DNA of 36,394 nt, from assembly GCA_046758505.1 (NCBI GenBank), contig JBHIAH010000021.1:1-36394 (forward strand), in the 5' to 3' direction. The notes beneath the pieces are model-generated. The model was given only the letters and a program-made list of their open reading frames with translations, had not been told where the DNA came from and made no database searches. The stretch is from Candidatus Methylomirabilales bacterium. Its GTDB lineage: Bacteria > Methylomirabilota > Methylomirabilia > Methylomirabilales > CSP1-5. This document shows positions 8,997-18,297 of the stretch, in pieces (positions within the stretch are counted from its first letter, which is position 1; every line of letters begins with the position of its first letter). A program made the translations under genes and the position numbers.

Positions 8997-9146
8997 GCAG
9001 CTGTCAGCCATCGGCAGTCGGCTGTCAGCAAAAGACACCCATGGGAGGATATCGCACTTCGCGCCAGAGAGGGGACTCAACTGGACAGTCCAGAGCTTAG
9101 AGCGGGTGACACTGCTGATAGCGGGTAGCTGACTGCTGACCGCTGA
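8997..9146. repeat. two inverted heptamer arrays around an 80-bp spacer
   Basis: TCAGCCA TCGGCAG TCGGCTG TCAGCAA (8997-9031) versus CTGCTGA TAGCGGG TAGCTGA CTGCTGA CCGCTGA (9112-9146). Confidence 0.7.
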
Positions 9147-9161
9147 TTAAGGAAAAACGCG

Positions 9162-11351
9162 ATGCAGATCGTCGGCTTTGACTGCGGCAGCACCACCGTC
9201 AAGGCGAACGTCCTCGAAAACGGCCAGGTGCTCTGGAAAGATTACCGCCGCCACGACACCAAGATTGCCGAGACGGCACTGGATTTCTTCGCGCGGATGG
9301 AGGCAGAGATCGGCCTCACCCCGAAGGAGGCCAGGGTGTACATCACCGGCTCGATGAGCGGGCCCCTTGCCCCGCTCATCGGGGCCAAGCAAGTCCAGGA
9401 AGTCGTGGCCGTGGCAGCGGCCGTGGAAAGGCTCCATCCCGAGGTCATGTTCGTCTCGGAGATCGGCGGAGAGGACATGAAAACGATCTTCTTTACGAGG
9501 ATGCTCGGGATCGGGAAGTCCAAACAGGTCATGATGCAGTCGGCGTGCGCAGGGGGGACCGGCAATTTCATTGAAAAAACGGCCCGAAAGCTGGGGGTCA
9601 TGGAGGGCCTGCCCGAAATGGGGTACCGGGGGTACGCGCTTCACAAGGTGAGCCCCAAATGCGGTATTTTTGCGGAAGCGGATGCGAATACCCTGGTGAA
9701 GGCCGGCGTCCCGGTCGAGGAGATCATCGCCAGTCTCTTTGAGGCGGTGGTGTATCAGAATCTGGCGACCCTCACCAGGGGAAATACCCCGATGCCGGAG
9801 GTTCTCCTGTTGGGAGGTCCCAATCTCTTCTTTAAAGGACTGCAGGAGGCGTGGCGGCACCACCTCGTCAGGCTGTGGACAGAAAGGAAGGTGGCCCTCC
9901 CTGCGGCACAGGACCCCGAGAGTCTCATCCGTGTGCCCCAGGAAGCGCTCTACTATCCGTGCTTAGGGTGTGCGGAGATTGCCCAGGGGGAGCCCCCGGG
10001 GGTGGGGATCTATCACGGAACGGAAAGGCTGCAGTGGTGGATTGCCACGGGGCAATACGAGCAAAAGAAAAAAGAGGGGGGGAAGGGGTTGTGGGTCACC
10101 GTAGAGGATCTCGAGCATTTCAAGCACGAGTACGCTGCAAACGGGAATGGCCGCGCGGCCCCCAATGGCGACCGACCTCGCGCCACAACCCGGGCGGTCT
10201 GCGGGATGGATTTTGGATCGACCACCGCGAAGTTTGTTCTCCTGTCTCCTGAGCAGGAGATTCTTGCAACCGGCTATACGCTGTCCCACGGAAACCCCAT
10301 TGAAGACGCGAAAACCCTCTTCCGCCAGGTCCAACAGGCCATGGGGAACGGAGAAATCCTGGCGGTGAGTGTCACCGGCTACGGAAAGGACTTGCTGATC
10401 GATATCATCGGGGCGGATGTCCCCGTCGTGGAGACCGTCGCCCATGCGACGGCGGGTCTCCACTTTTTCCCCGATGCAGATTGCATTTGTGACGTCGGAG
10501 GCGTCGACGTCAAGATCATGATTCTCCGACAGGGGACGGTCTCCGATTTTCGGCTCAACTCTCAGTGCTCCTCCGGGAACGGCGCCTTTCTCCAGGGCGT
10601 CGCCGAGCGCTTTGCCATCCCCCTCGACGAGATGGCTGACAGGGCCTTTCAGGCGCAGGCCAAGCCGACGCTGAGCATGGGGTGTGGGGTTTTCCTGCAG
10701 AGCGACATCGTGAATCAACAGCGGAAAGGCTGGCAGGCGGAGGAGATTTTGGCCGGGTTGTGCGGCATCCTCCCCTTGAACGTGTGGGTGTATGCCGGCG
10801 GGCTGACCAACCTCGGTCAGGTGGGGAGAAAGTTCATCCTGCAAGGGGGAACGCACAGAAATCTGGCCGTGGTGAAGGCCCAGGTGGATTTCATCCGATC
10901 CAAAATTCCGGACGCGGAGATTGTGGTGCATCCATACTCGGGGGAGGCAGGCGCCATCGGCGCAGCCCTGGTCGCTTTGGCGTGGTGGCGGAAGGGCAAC
11001 AGCACGCACTTTCGGGGATTCGATACCATCGAGTCCCTGACCTACAGGACCATCACCTCCCTGGACACGATCTGCCGGTGGTGCCCGGTAAACTGCAAAC
11101 GATCCTTTGTGGACGTCGAGGTCCCGGGTGGGAAGGGCCGAACCTGGAGCAAGGTCCCCCTATCGGAAGGATGGGAGCGGGTGATTGTGAATAACTCCTG
11201 CCCGAAGGGGCTGGTCGAGGACGCGAATGAAATGCGAGTGATCAAGGCGGACCTCGACAAAACGAAGGCCGCCTTTCCAAATATCGGTGAACACGTCCGG
11301 CACGAGGCCTTTCGGCCGCCACGGAGCTTCTCGCCGTGTTCGGTTTCCTGA
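9162..11351 (+). CDS. CoA-substrate-specific enzyme activase with two BadF/BadG/BcrA/BcrD (HgdC-type) ASKHA ATPase domains
   Basis: GFDCGSTTVK, EIGGED, CAGGTG, KCGIFAE; second domain GMDFGSTTAK, DVGGVD, QCSSGNG, GCGVF; C-terminal CRWCPVNC...SCPKG. Confidence 0.92.
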   Translation: MQIVGFDCGSTTVKANVLENGQVLWKDYRRHDTKIAETALDFFARMEAEIGLTPKEARVYITGSMSGPLAPLIGAKQVQEVVAVAAAVERLHPEVMFVSEIGGEDMKTIFFTRMLGIGKSKQVMMQSACAGGTGNFIEKTARKLGVMEGLPEMGYRGYALHKVSPKCGIFAEADANTLVKAGVPVEEIIASLFEAVVYQNLATLTRGNTPMPEVLLLGGPNLFFKGLQEAWRHHLVRLWTERKVALPAAQDPESLIRVPQEALYYPCLGCAEIAQGEPPGVGIYHGTERLQWWIATGQYEQKKKEGGKGLWVTVEDLEHFKHEYAANGNGRAAPNGDRPRATTRAVCGMDFGSTTAKFVLLSPEQEILATGYTLSHGNPIEDAKTLFRQVQQAMGNGEILAVSVTGYGKDLLIDIIGADVPVVETVAHATAGLHFFPDADCICDVGGVDVKIMILRQGTVSDFRLNSQCSSGNGAFLQGVAERFAIPLDEMADRAFQAQAKPTLSMGCGVFLQSDIVNQQRKGWQAEEILAGLCGILPLNVWVYAGGLTNLGQVGRKFILQGGTHRNLAVVKAQVDFIRSKIPDAEIVVHPYSGEAGAIGAALVALAWWRKGNSTHFRGFDTIESLTYRTITSLDTICRWCPVNCKRSFVDVEVPGGKGRTWSKVPLSEGWERVIVNNSCPKGLVEDANEMRVIKADLDKTKAAFPNIGEHVRHEAFRPPRSFSPCSVS

Positions 11352-12577
11352 AGAGGAGCCAGGCGCCCGACCGGAGGGCCCGATTGGCCCAGCGGGCGGT
11401 CCTGCGCGTGGGGATCCCACGCACTCTCAACATCTGGAACACACACCAATTCTGGACCGGCTTTCTTGTCGCGCTGGGCATCAAGCCGGAGAATATTATC
11501 TTTAGCGGCGAGACCACAGAGGAACACTTCAAGCAGTTCGGCAAAGGCCGGGGGACCGTGGATTGCTGTTATCCCGTCAAGTGCATGAGCGGACACTACG
11601 GAGAGCTGGTGGCGCACAAAAAACAAATCCAGGTGCTCCTCTCTCCCATCATCTATTCCCTCCCTTCGTATCTGCGCGGGCACGTGCAGGGGAATCTGAG
11701 CTGTCCCAGGGTGATGGCCGGCCCCGAGAACATCAAGGCTGGCTTTCTCAAAGAGAAGGATGTCTTTCGAGAACAGGGCATCGCGCACGTCTCCCCGTTC
11801 GTGTCCTTGGGAGATCCCCCGCTTGTCCCCAAGCAGCTGTATGCGTCTCTCCGAGAGATACTCAATCTGGATCCGGAGGAGACCACCCGGGCCGTGGACG
11901 TCGGATATCAGACCCTGGAGGGATTCAGTCAGAAGATGCGAACCAAGAGCCGGGAGATTCTTTCCTGGTGCGCTCGGGAGAATAAGCCCTGCATCTTAGT
12001 GCTCGCACGCCCCTACCACATGGATTCCGGAATTGGACACGAGATCGAGGTGGATCTCCAGGCGAACGGCTATCCCATCCTCTGGGTCCACTACCTGCCC
12101 GTGGACGAGGATTTGATGCAGTGGCTCTTTGGGCAAGAGATCGAGGCCGGGATCATCAAGAGCCCCTTTGACATCTCCGACGTCTGGGCCTCCTCGTATT
12201 CCGCGAACACCAACGAGATCCTCTGGGGGGCAAAGGTGGCCGCCCGCCTGCCCTGGATCACCTGCGCGGTGCGTCTCTCCAGCTACGAATGTGGGATGGA
12301 CCAGCCCACCTACACGCCCACCCAGCAGATCGTGGAGCGCTCCGGCACGCTCCACTTCAAGTTCGGCGACCTGGATTCCACCAAGCCCGGGGGGTCCATC
12401 AAGATACGCGTCGAGACCATTCACTACTACATCCAGCAGTCCTATCGCGGCATTATCGAGAAAAAGCTGAAAAACCTTCCCGGGACATGTCCGTTACTGC
12501 CCAAGCGTACTCCCCATACCGGGACGCCCCCCTCCACCGGGCGCCCCATCAAAATCCCGTCCCCGACCCTCCTATAA
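11336..12577 (+). CDS. DUF2229 acyl-CoA dehydratase activase-related protein
   Basis: VGIPRTLN, DCCYPVK...GH, SCP, LARPYHMD, SYECGMD; GTG start overlaps the upstream gene by 16 nt. Confidence 0.85.
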   Translation: MFGFLKRSQAPDRRARLAQRAVLRVGIPRTLNIWNTHQFWTGFLVALGIKPENIIFSGETTEEHFKQFGKGRGTVDCCYPVKCMSGHYGELVAHKKQIQVLLSPIIYSLPSYLRGHVQGNLSCPRVMAGPENIKAGFLKEKDVFREQGIAHVSPFVSLGDPPLVPKQLYASLREILNLDPEETTRAVDVGYQTLEGFSQKMRTKSREILSWCARENKPCILVLARPYHMDSGIGHEIEVDLQANGYPILWVHYLPVDEDLMQWLFGQEIEAGIIKSPFDISDVWASSYSANTNEILWGAKVAARLPWITCAVRLSSYECGMDQPTYTPTQQIVERSGTLHFKFGDLDSTKPGGSIKIRVETIHYYIQQSYRGIIEKKLKNLPGTCPLLPKRTPHTGTPPSTGRPIKIPSPTLL

Positions 12578-14116
12578 CGGTGTGCGCAACGCCGCGAGGA
12601 ACTGCGGGTCGATCTTGCTCTTGACCGTGCGGCGATCGAGCTGTAACCGGCGCGCCGTTTCCTCGTAACTGCCGGTCTGCGAGTAGACCAGGGTGCAGTA
12701 GCGGCGCAAGAGCTCATCCGCCGTCAACGTCCCGGAGACGGTCGCCGCGGCAAATTCCTCGCGCGACGAGCCGCGGCGCGGCGCGGCTGGCCGGTACTCT
12801 TTGCGAATCAGGATGCTGCGCACGCACTGTTCCAACTCGCGGATATTGCCCGGCCACGGATAGTCACGCCCAAGGTGCTTCACGATCCAGGTCTCGACGT
12901 CTTCGGCGAGACGCTCGGCTTCCGGACCCGCCACGCGTCGCGCGATGAACAGCAGCAATTCGCGGAGCACGCCCGGCGACTCACGCAGCTGCTCGTATAG
13001 GGCGGGGGTTACCACCAGGTCGGAACACAACCGGTAATAGAAGTCCTCGCGGAACTGCCCTTTCCGCATGGCGTCGCCAATGTCCCGATTCGTCGCGGCG
13101 ATGATCTTCCCATGAAACTCCCGCTGCTGCGTGTCCCCCAGCGGCTGAAAGGTCCGCGTCTGGATCACCCGCAGCAGCTTGACCTGGATTGAGGCATCCA
13201 GGTCGCCGATCTCGTCCAAGAAGACCGTTCCCCACTGCGGGCAGATCTCGAGCCACCCCCGGCGATCCTGCAGCGCGCCCGTGAATGCGCCACGGCGATG
13301 CCCGAACAGCTCCGATTCGATGAGGGTTGCGGGAAGGGCGGATAGGTTTAGTGGATAAAAGGATTCCGCGAAGTCCTCCACGAACGTCAACGTCTTGGGA
13401 TCAAAGGGAATATACCGCGACAGCGCGATGGCCCGCGCGACCAGCTCCTTCCCGGTCCCGGTGGGGCCGGTGATGAGGGTGGTGATGTCTCCCATCCGCG
13501 CGTAGAAGGCGTCGCGATACCGCCGCATGTCGTGCGTGAAGATCGACTGCCACACCGCTGCGCGCAGCCGCGCTGCCGCCATCGAGCTGCCGATGATATA
13601 GCTGAAGATGTGATGGAACGCACGACGAATTTGAAAAAAACACGCGAACAGATGGGACGGGTCATGCTGCGACGGGAGGCTGACGCCGGGAATGTGCAGG
13701 TAACGCTCCCAGTCGCGCTGAAAGTCTTGAAAAAAGCCGACCTGCCCCCGCCCTGGCTTCCGATCAAGGGCGCGGACAATGGCCGCTTCAAGTCGATCTC
13801 GATAGGAATGGTACACGAGGAAAAGGACAGCGTCCTCGTAGAGAACCAAATCCTCTTCCGTCGGCCTCGATCCGCCGCCGAGGCGTCCGCGCGCGCCGCG
13901 CACCAGCTTCTCGACGCGCTCCACGATCTTCTGGGCGTTGACGTGAGGCGTGCTGGGGTCATCAACCCGCATGCTCCAGACCGGCTCGGCCTCGCGGAAA
14001 TCCGAGCCAAGCGCCTCGCGCTCGTACTGGATGCGCTCGGGGAGGAAGGGGTTGCAGTACCCGAGATGGGCCACCGCTCGCAGAAACCCCCGCTCGTTTG
14101 CGCTGAGGAACGCCAT
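12572..14116 (-). CDS. sigma-54-interacting transcriptional activator with uncharacterised N-terminal domain
   Basis: GPTGTGKE, ESELFGH, GAFTGA, FLDEIG, FREDFYYRL, WPGNIREL, C-terminal HTH; ATG at 14116 with GGAGGT RBS. Confidence 0.92.
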   Translation of the reverse strand: MAFLSANERGFLRAVAHLGYCNPFLPERIQYEREALGSDFREAEPVWSMRVDDPSTPHVNAQKIVERVEKLVRGARGRLGGGSRPTEEDLVLYEDAVLFLVYHSYRDRLEAAIVRALDRKPGRGQVGFFQDFQRDWERYLHIPGVSLPSQHDPSHLFACFFQIRRAFHHIFSYIIGSSMAAARLRAAVWQSIFTHDMRRYRDAFYARMGDITTLITGPTGTGKELVARAIALSRYIPFDPKTLTFVEDFAESFYPLNLSALPATLIESELFGHRRGAFTGALQDRRGWLEICPQWGTVFLDEIGDLDASIQVKLLRVIQTRTFQPLGDTQQREFHGKIIAATNRDIGDAMRKGQFREDFYYRLCSDLVVTPALYEQLRESPGVLRELLLFIARRVAGPEAERLAEDVETWIVKHLGRDYPWPGNIRELEQCVRSILIRKEYRPAAPRRGSSREEFAAATVSGTLTADELLRRYCTLVYSQTGSYEETARRLQLDRRTVKSKIDPQFLAALRTPL

Positions 14117-14135
14117 AGCTACCTCCGGGACATAC

Positions 14136-14150
14136 GTACAACAAATGTAC
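14136..14150. promoter_or_regulatory. putative enhancer/autoregulatory inverted repeat
   Basis: GTACA-ACAAA-TGTAC about 100 bp upstream of the -24 box. Confidence 0.5.
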
Positions 14151-14247
14151 AAAGCCTATCATTTCATGTCAAGACGGTCGCCATGCATCGACTCCCCATA
14201 AGCCGTAACTTCTCGATTTCACAGATCACCAAAGAGTGGATCCCCCA

Positions 14248-14262
14248 TGGCACATTGCTTGC
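14248..14262 (+). promoter_or_regulatory. sigma-54 (-24/-12) promoter
   Basis: TGGCAC-ATTGC-TTGC, a consensus match, divergent from the activator gene. Confidence 0.88.
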
Positions 14263-14341
14263 GCTTCTCATCCGCGAGAGGCAAGGATGGATGAGCCGAG
14301 CGTTTCCCCTGGTGGGTAAGACCCGGCGAGCGAGGAAAGCG

Positions 14342-15022
14342 ATGCACTGGAAATCGGACGCAGCGATCACCCACCAATACCCGAACAAGGGGCGACTTGG
14401 AATCGCCCTTTCGGCTCTCTGTCTCGGGATGCTGTTCGCCGTCGTGGTGGCAGTGCTTCAGGGAAACCCTGCGAATTTCATCCCTGTTGGACCCCAAGAC
14501 GAACTCCGCGTCAGAATGCTGCGGCTCGCGCAAGTTGCATTCATCGCTTTGCCGCTATTGACCCTCTTGTATGAGCGGCTCATGGCGAGTGCTCCCCGGG
14601 ACAGCCGGCTTGCCCGCTGGGGCCGGGCCGCGATGATAGGCGGCATGATCGGAATGCCGGCAATACTCACGCTCGCCAGTCTGACGCGGGCCGAGTTCAA
14701 GTTCTTGCTTCCATTCCCGGCTGTCGCCACGTTCGCCGGTACATCGTGTGGTGCGTGGTTGGCCCGACGGCAGGGACGTCCGCTGGAGTGGTGGGGCTGG
14801 CTGCTCATCGCGCTGAGCATGGCTGCCGGTCTGCTCATGGGCCTGTATGCCTTTGATGGACCGCTGCCGCCGCCTGTCTTCATCGGCGCCTATAACGACC
14901 TTGTGCGCCGCGTGATCCGCCTGACCCACGCCTACACGATCGTCACCGGGTTCATCAGCATACTCATCTCACGCGCGCTGGCGGAACTTGACGGGCACGC
15001 CCGGGTGTCCTTTTGGAGGTAA
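14342..15022 (+). CDS. hypothetical integral membrane protein (about six TM helices)
   Basis: Hydrophobic 3' half of ORF 13532..15022 downstream of the sigma-54 promoter; ATG at 14342 (alternative 14291); stop is 3 nt before the radical SAM ATG. Confidence 0.8.
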   Translation: MHWKSDAAITHQYPNKGRLGIALSALCLGMLFAVVVAVLQGNPANFIPVGPQDELRVRMLRLAQVAFIALPLLTLLYERLMASAPRDSRLARWGRAAMIGGMIGMPAILTLASLTRAEFKFLLPFPAVATFAGTSCGAWLARRQGRPLEWWGWLLIALSMAAGLLMGLYAFDGPLPPPVFIGAYNDLVRRVIRLTHAYTIVTGFISILISRALAELDGHARVSFWR

Positions 15023-15025
15023 CCC

Positions 15026-16471
15026 ATGAGAATCGGCCTGATTGCCATTGCGGGGGTCAAGCTTCAGACCCGGAAGTTTATCGACCTTGGGATCACGCTT
15101 CCGCAGTTCGTGAACCGGGGACGGGTGATCGCCCAGTTGCCCAGCCTGGCCCTGCTCACGCTGGCCGGGGCGACGCCCCCGGGCGTGGAACTGGAATACA
15201 TTGAGGTAGACGACGTCGTGACGTTCGCCGAGCGGCCGCGCCTCGACTTTGATCTCGTGGCCCTCTCCACCTACACCGCCCGCGCATTTGACGCGTACCG
15301 CGTGGCCGACGCTTACCGAGCCCGAGGGGTTCCCGTGGTCTTCGGAGGACTCCACGCCACGGTCATGCCCGAGGAAGCTGCGCTCCATGCGGACGCGGTG
15401 GTCATCGGCGAGGGGGAGGTCACGTGGCCCATGCTCGTCCGAGACTTCCAGCGAGGGGGACGGGCAGGATTGAAGCGCTTCTATCGAGAAGATCGACCCG
15501 GGCGATTCGATCTGGGCGAGGGCCCGATGCCGCGCTTCGATCTTCTCGTGCAGTCCCAACCCATGCCGGCATCAGCCCTGTCCGATGCTGGAAAGACTGG
15601 TGAGATCCATCACCTGGGACCGTACAACCGAATCACCATCCAGACCACACGCGGCTGTCCCTGGGATTGCGACTTCTGTGCCGCTTCGAAGCTGTACGGA
15701 CCCCGCTATCGCATCAAGCCGATCGAACGGGTGCTCGAGGAAGTGGATGCCGTGCGGTCGCTGTGGCGTCGACCGTTCATCGAGTTCGCCGACGACAACA
15801 CCTTCGTCCACAAGGCCTGGGCCAAGCGCCTGCTCCAAGAGCTTGCCGGTCGCCGGATCCGCTACTTCACCGAGACTGATGTCTCTGTGGCAGATGATGA
15901 GGAACTCCTGGATTTGTTGTACCCGAGCGGATGTCGCCAGGTGTTGATTGGCTTTGAAAGCCCCAATCGGGCAAGCCTCGAGGGGATAGACCGCGCCAAC
16001 TGGAAAGCCCGGCAACATAGTCGCTACTTGGAAGCCATCGACAAGATCCAGAGCCGTGGCGTATCCGTCTGTGGGTGCTTCATTGTCGGGCTCGATTCCG
16101 ACACGCCGGCGGTCTTTGACGATCTCCAGAAGTTCATCGATCGATCCCGTCTGCTCGAGGTGCAGATCACCATCCTGACACCTTTCCCGGGGACAAGGCT
16201 TTATCAGAGACTCCTGTCCGAGGGCCGACTGTTATATCCGGGGGCATGGGGCCGTTGCACCCTGTTTGACGTGAACTTTCGCCCGGCCGGGATGAGCGTC
16301 GAACAACTGGAGGAGGGCGTCATGCAGCTGTGGCGGGACACCTGGAACCTCGACGCCTTTACCCGACGAAAACGGTATTACCGTGAGCTTCTCCGCGGCC
16401 GGCAGCAACACAGCGGGCAGGATACCTCGGAAGAGATAGAAGAATTTTACGCTCTACTCGCGGGGGCTTAG
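15026..16471 (+). CDS. B12-binding domain radical SAM protein
   Basis: RGCPWDCDFC CxxxCxxC motif; cobalamin-binding-type N-terminus (VVFGGLHAT, VIGEGE); FADDN, IGFES, TPFPGT. Confidence 0.93.
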   Translation: MRIGLIAIAGVKLQTRKFIDLGITLPQFVNRGRVIAQLPSLALLTLAGATPPGVELEYIEVDDVVTFAERPRLDFDLVALSTYTARAFDAYRVADAYRARGVPVVFGGLHATVMPEEAALHADAVVIGEGEVTWPMLVRDFQRGGRAGLKRFYREDRPGRFDLGEGPMPRFDLLVQSQPMPASALSDAGKTGEIHHLGPYNRITIQTTRGCPWDCDFCAASKLYGPRYRIKPIERVLEEVDAVRSLWRRPFIEFADDNTFVHKAWAKRLLQELAGRRIRYFTETDVSVADDEELLDLLYPSGCRQVLIGFESPNRASLEGIDRANWKARQHSRYLEAIDKIQSRGVSVCGCFIVGLDSDTPAVFDDLQKFIDRSRLLEVQITILTPFPGTRLYQRLLSEGRLLYPGAWGRCTLFDVNFRPAGMSVEQLEEGVMQLWRDTWNLDAFTRRKRYYRELLRGRQQHSGQDTSEEIEEFYALLAGA

Positions 16472-16546
16472 GCAGAGGGAAGCAGCACTCAACATGATGG
16501 CCAGTGGACGCCGCGCCGAGCTTTGACAGGCAGGCGCGAGGGGTAG

Positions 16547-18046
16547 ATGATGGGAGCGATCGCCATGGGTAAGTACAAGGCGTTGTTGGAATCAGTCGAG
16601 CGCCCGCCACGAGGCCCCACCGGGTGCGTTCGGCAACCACCTACGCGAGCGGGAACCCTCGTCAATGATGTCCATTCGCAGCTTAATCTCACCCGAGTAG
16701 AGCGCGTGGTCTCCGTCGACTCCATCACGGGGATCCAGGCAACCATCCGGAAAGCCCAGCGCGAAGGGAAACCAATCTCCATAGCTGGCAGCAGGCACGC
16801 GATGGGCGGCCAGCAATTTGGAACGGGGACCATCCTCATCGACACGAGCACATTGAACAGGGTGCTCGATTTCGACCCGCACCGGGGCATTGTCGAGGTT
16901 GAGGCGGGGATTGAGTGGCCCGAGCTGATGGAGTACTTGGTTCTCGCCCAAAGGGGACGGTGGCCCCAGTGGGGGATCGCGCAGAAACAGACCGGCGCCG
17001 ATACGTTCAGCATTGGCGGGTCGCTGGCGGCCAACGTCCACGGGCGAGGTCTGCTGTTCAAACCGATCATCCAGGATGTGGAGTCGTTCGTTCTCGTAAA
17101 TGCGGAAGGAAATCTCCGAACCTGCAGCCGTCGCGAAAACCCCGAGTTATTCCGCCTCGTGATCGGCGGCTACGGCCTCTTCGGCATCATAGCGACGGTC
17201 AAGCTCCGGCTGACGCCGCGGACAAAGCTCGAGCGCGTCGTCGAAATCACTGAGTTAAAAGACCTCATTCCTGCCTTCGAGCGGCGAGCCGCTGAACGGT
17301 GTACCTACGGTGACTTTCAGTACTCGACCGAAACGGATTCCGATGACTTTCTGTGGAACGGTGTCTTCTCATGCTATCGCCCGGTGGACGAAGCCACACC
17401 GATCCGAGACGGGCAAAAGGAACTCTCTGTACGGGACTGGACAGAGCTCATCGACCACGCCCATACCGCCAAGGGCGAGGCCTTCCGCCGGTACGCCGAT
17501 CACTATCTCGCCACATCTGGCCAGATTTACTGGTCAGATACGCACCAGCTGAGCACGTATCTCGACGACTACCACCGCTCGCTGGATCGAAGACTCGGAA
17601 CGACTCACCCCGCGACCGAGATCATCACGGAAATCTACGTTCCACGCCAGACTCTCGTGGAATTTATGGACGAGGCCCGCGACGATTTCCGGAAAAACAA
17701 CGTCAACATCATCTACGGGACCATCAGGTTGATCGAGCGTGATGACGAGACCTTCTTAGCCTGGGCAAAGCAACCCTATGCCTGCATCATCTTTAACGTG
17801 CACACGGTGCACACGCGGGAACGCGTGGAACACTCAGCCGCGGCATGCCGCCGGCTCACCGACATGGCAATGCACCGAGGTGGCAGTTACTACCTCACAT
17901 ATCACAAATTCGCGACCCGGAAGCAGGTCCTGGCCTGCTATCCGCAGTTTCCCGAGTTTCTCCGGCTCAAGCAGCGATACGACCCCGAGGAGCGGTTCCA
18001 GAGCGATTGGTACCGTCACTACCGGAGGATGTTCACCAATGTCTGA
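16547..18046 (+). CDS. FAD-binding oxidoreductase (VAO/PCMH; DprE1/aldonolactone oxidase-like)
   Basis: AGSRHAMGGQ flavin-binding His motif, SIGGSLAANVHG, GGYGLFGII, KQRYDPEERFQS. Confidence 0.9.
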   Translation: MMGAIAMGKYKALLESVERPPRGPTGCVRQPPTRAGTLVNDVHSQLNLTRVERVVSVDSITGIQATIRKAQREGKPISIAGSRHAMGGQQFGTGTILIDTSTLNRVLDFDPHRGIVEVEAGIEWPELMEYLVLAQRGRWPQWGIAQKQTGADTFSIGGSLAANVHGRGLLFKPIIQDVESFVLVNAEGNLRTCSRRENPELFRLVIGGYGLFGIIATVKLRLTPRTKLERVVEITELKDLIPAFERRAAERCTYGDFQYSTETDSDDFLWNGVFSCYRPVDEATPIRDGQKELSVRDWTELIDHAHTAKGEAFRRYADHYLATSGQIYWSDTHQLSTYLDDYHRSLDRRLGTTHPATEIITEIYVPRQTLVEFMDEARDDFRKNNVNIIYGTIRLIERDDETFLAWAKQPYACIIFNVHTVHTRERVEHSAAACRRLTDMAMHRGGSYYLTYHKFATRKQVLACYPQFPEFLRLKQRYDPEERFQSDWYRHYRRMFTNV

Positions 18047-18297
18047 TAGGCAGATGAAAAAGACTCGGAAGCCTCGGAGCCAAGCGTCGCCTCGAACGCA
18101 TGCAGCATGGCTATGGAGGAGATCTGAGAAGAGGACAGGAGGATGCCGGCGTGAGCCCGATTCTTGCAACGGCATGCACCCCGGGCCGCCGGATACGGCT
18201 CCGGAGAGCAAACAACAAGCCTTCCAGTGACTGCGCGCTGTGGCCCCCGGTTTGAAAGGGAAAAGGGGGCAGGAAACACAACAGGGGTGCGAAGAGG

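Noticed and set aside
13532..14290. N-terminal half of the 496-aa plus-strand ORF
   Set aside because: It is antisense to the sigma-54 activator and spans the promoter; only the 3' hydrophobic half is a plausible gene.
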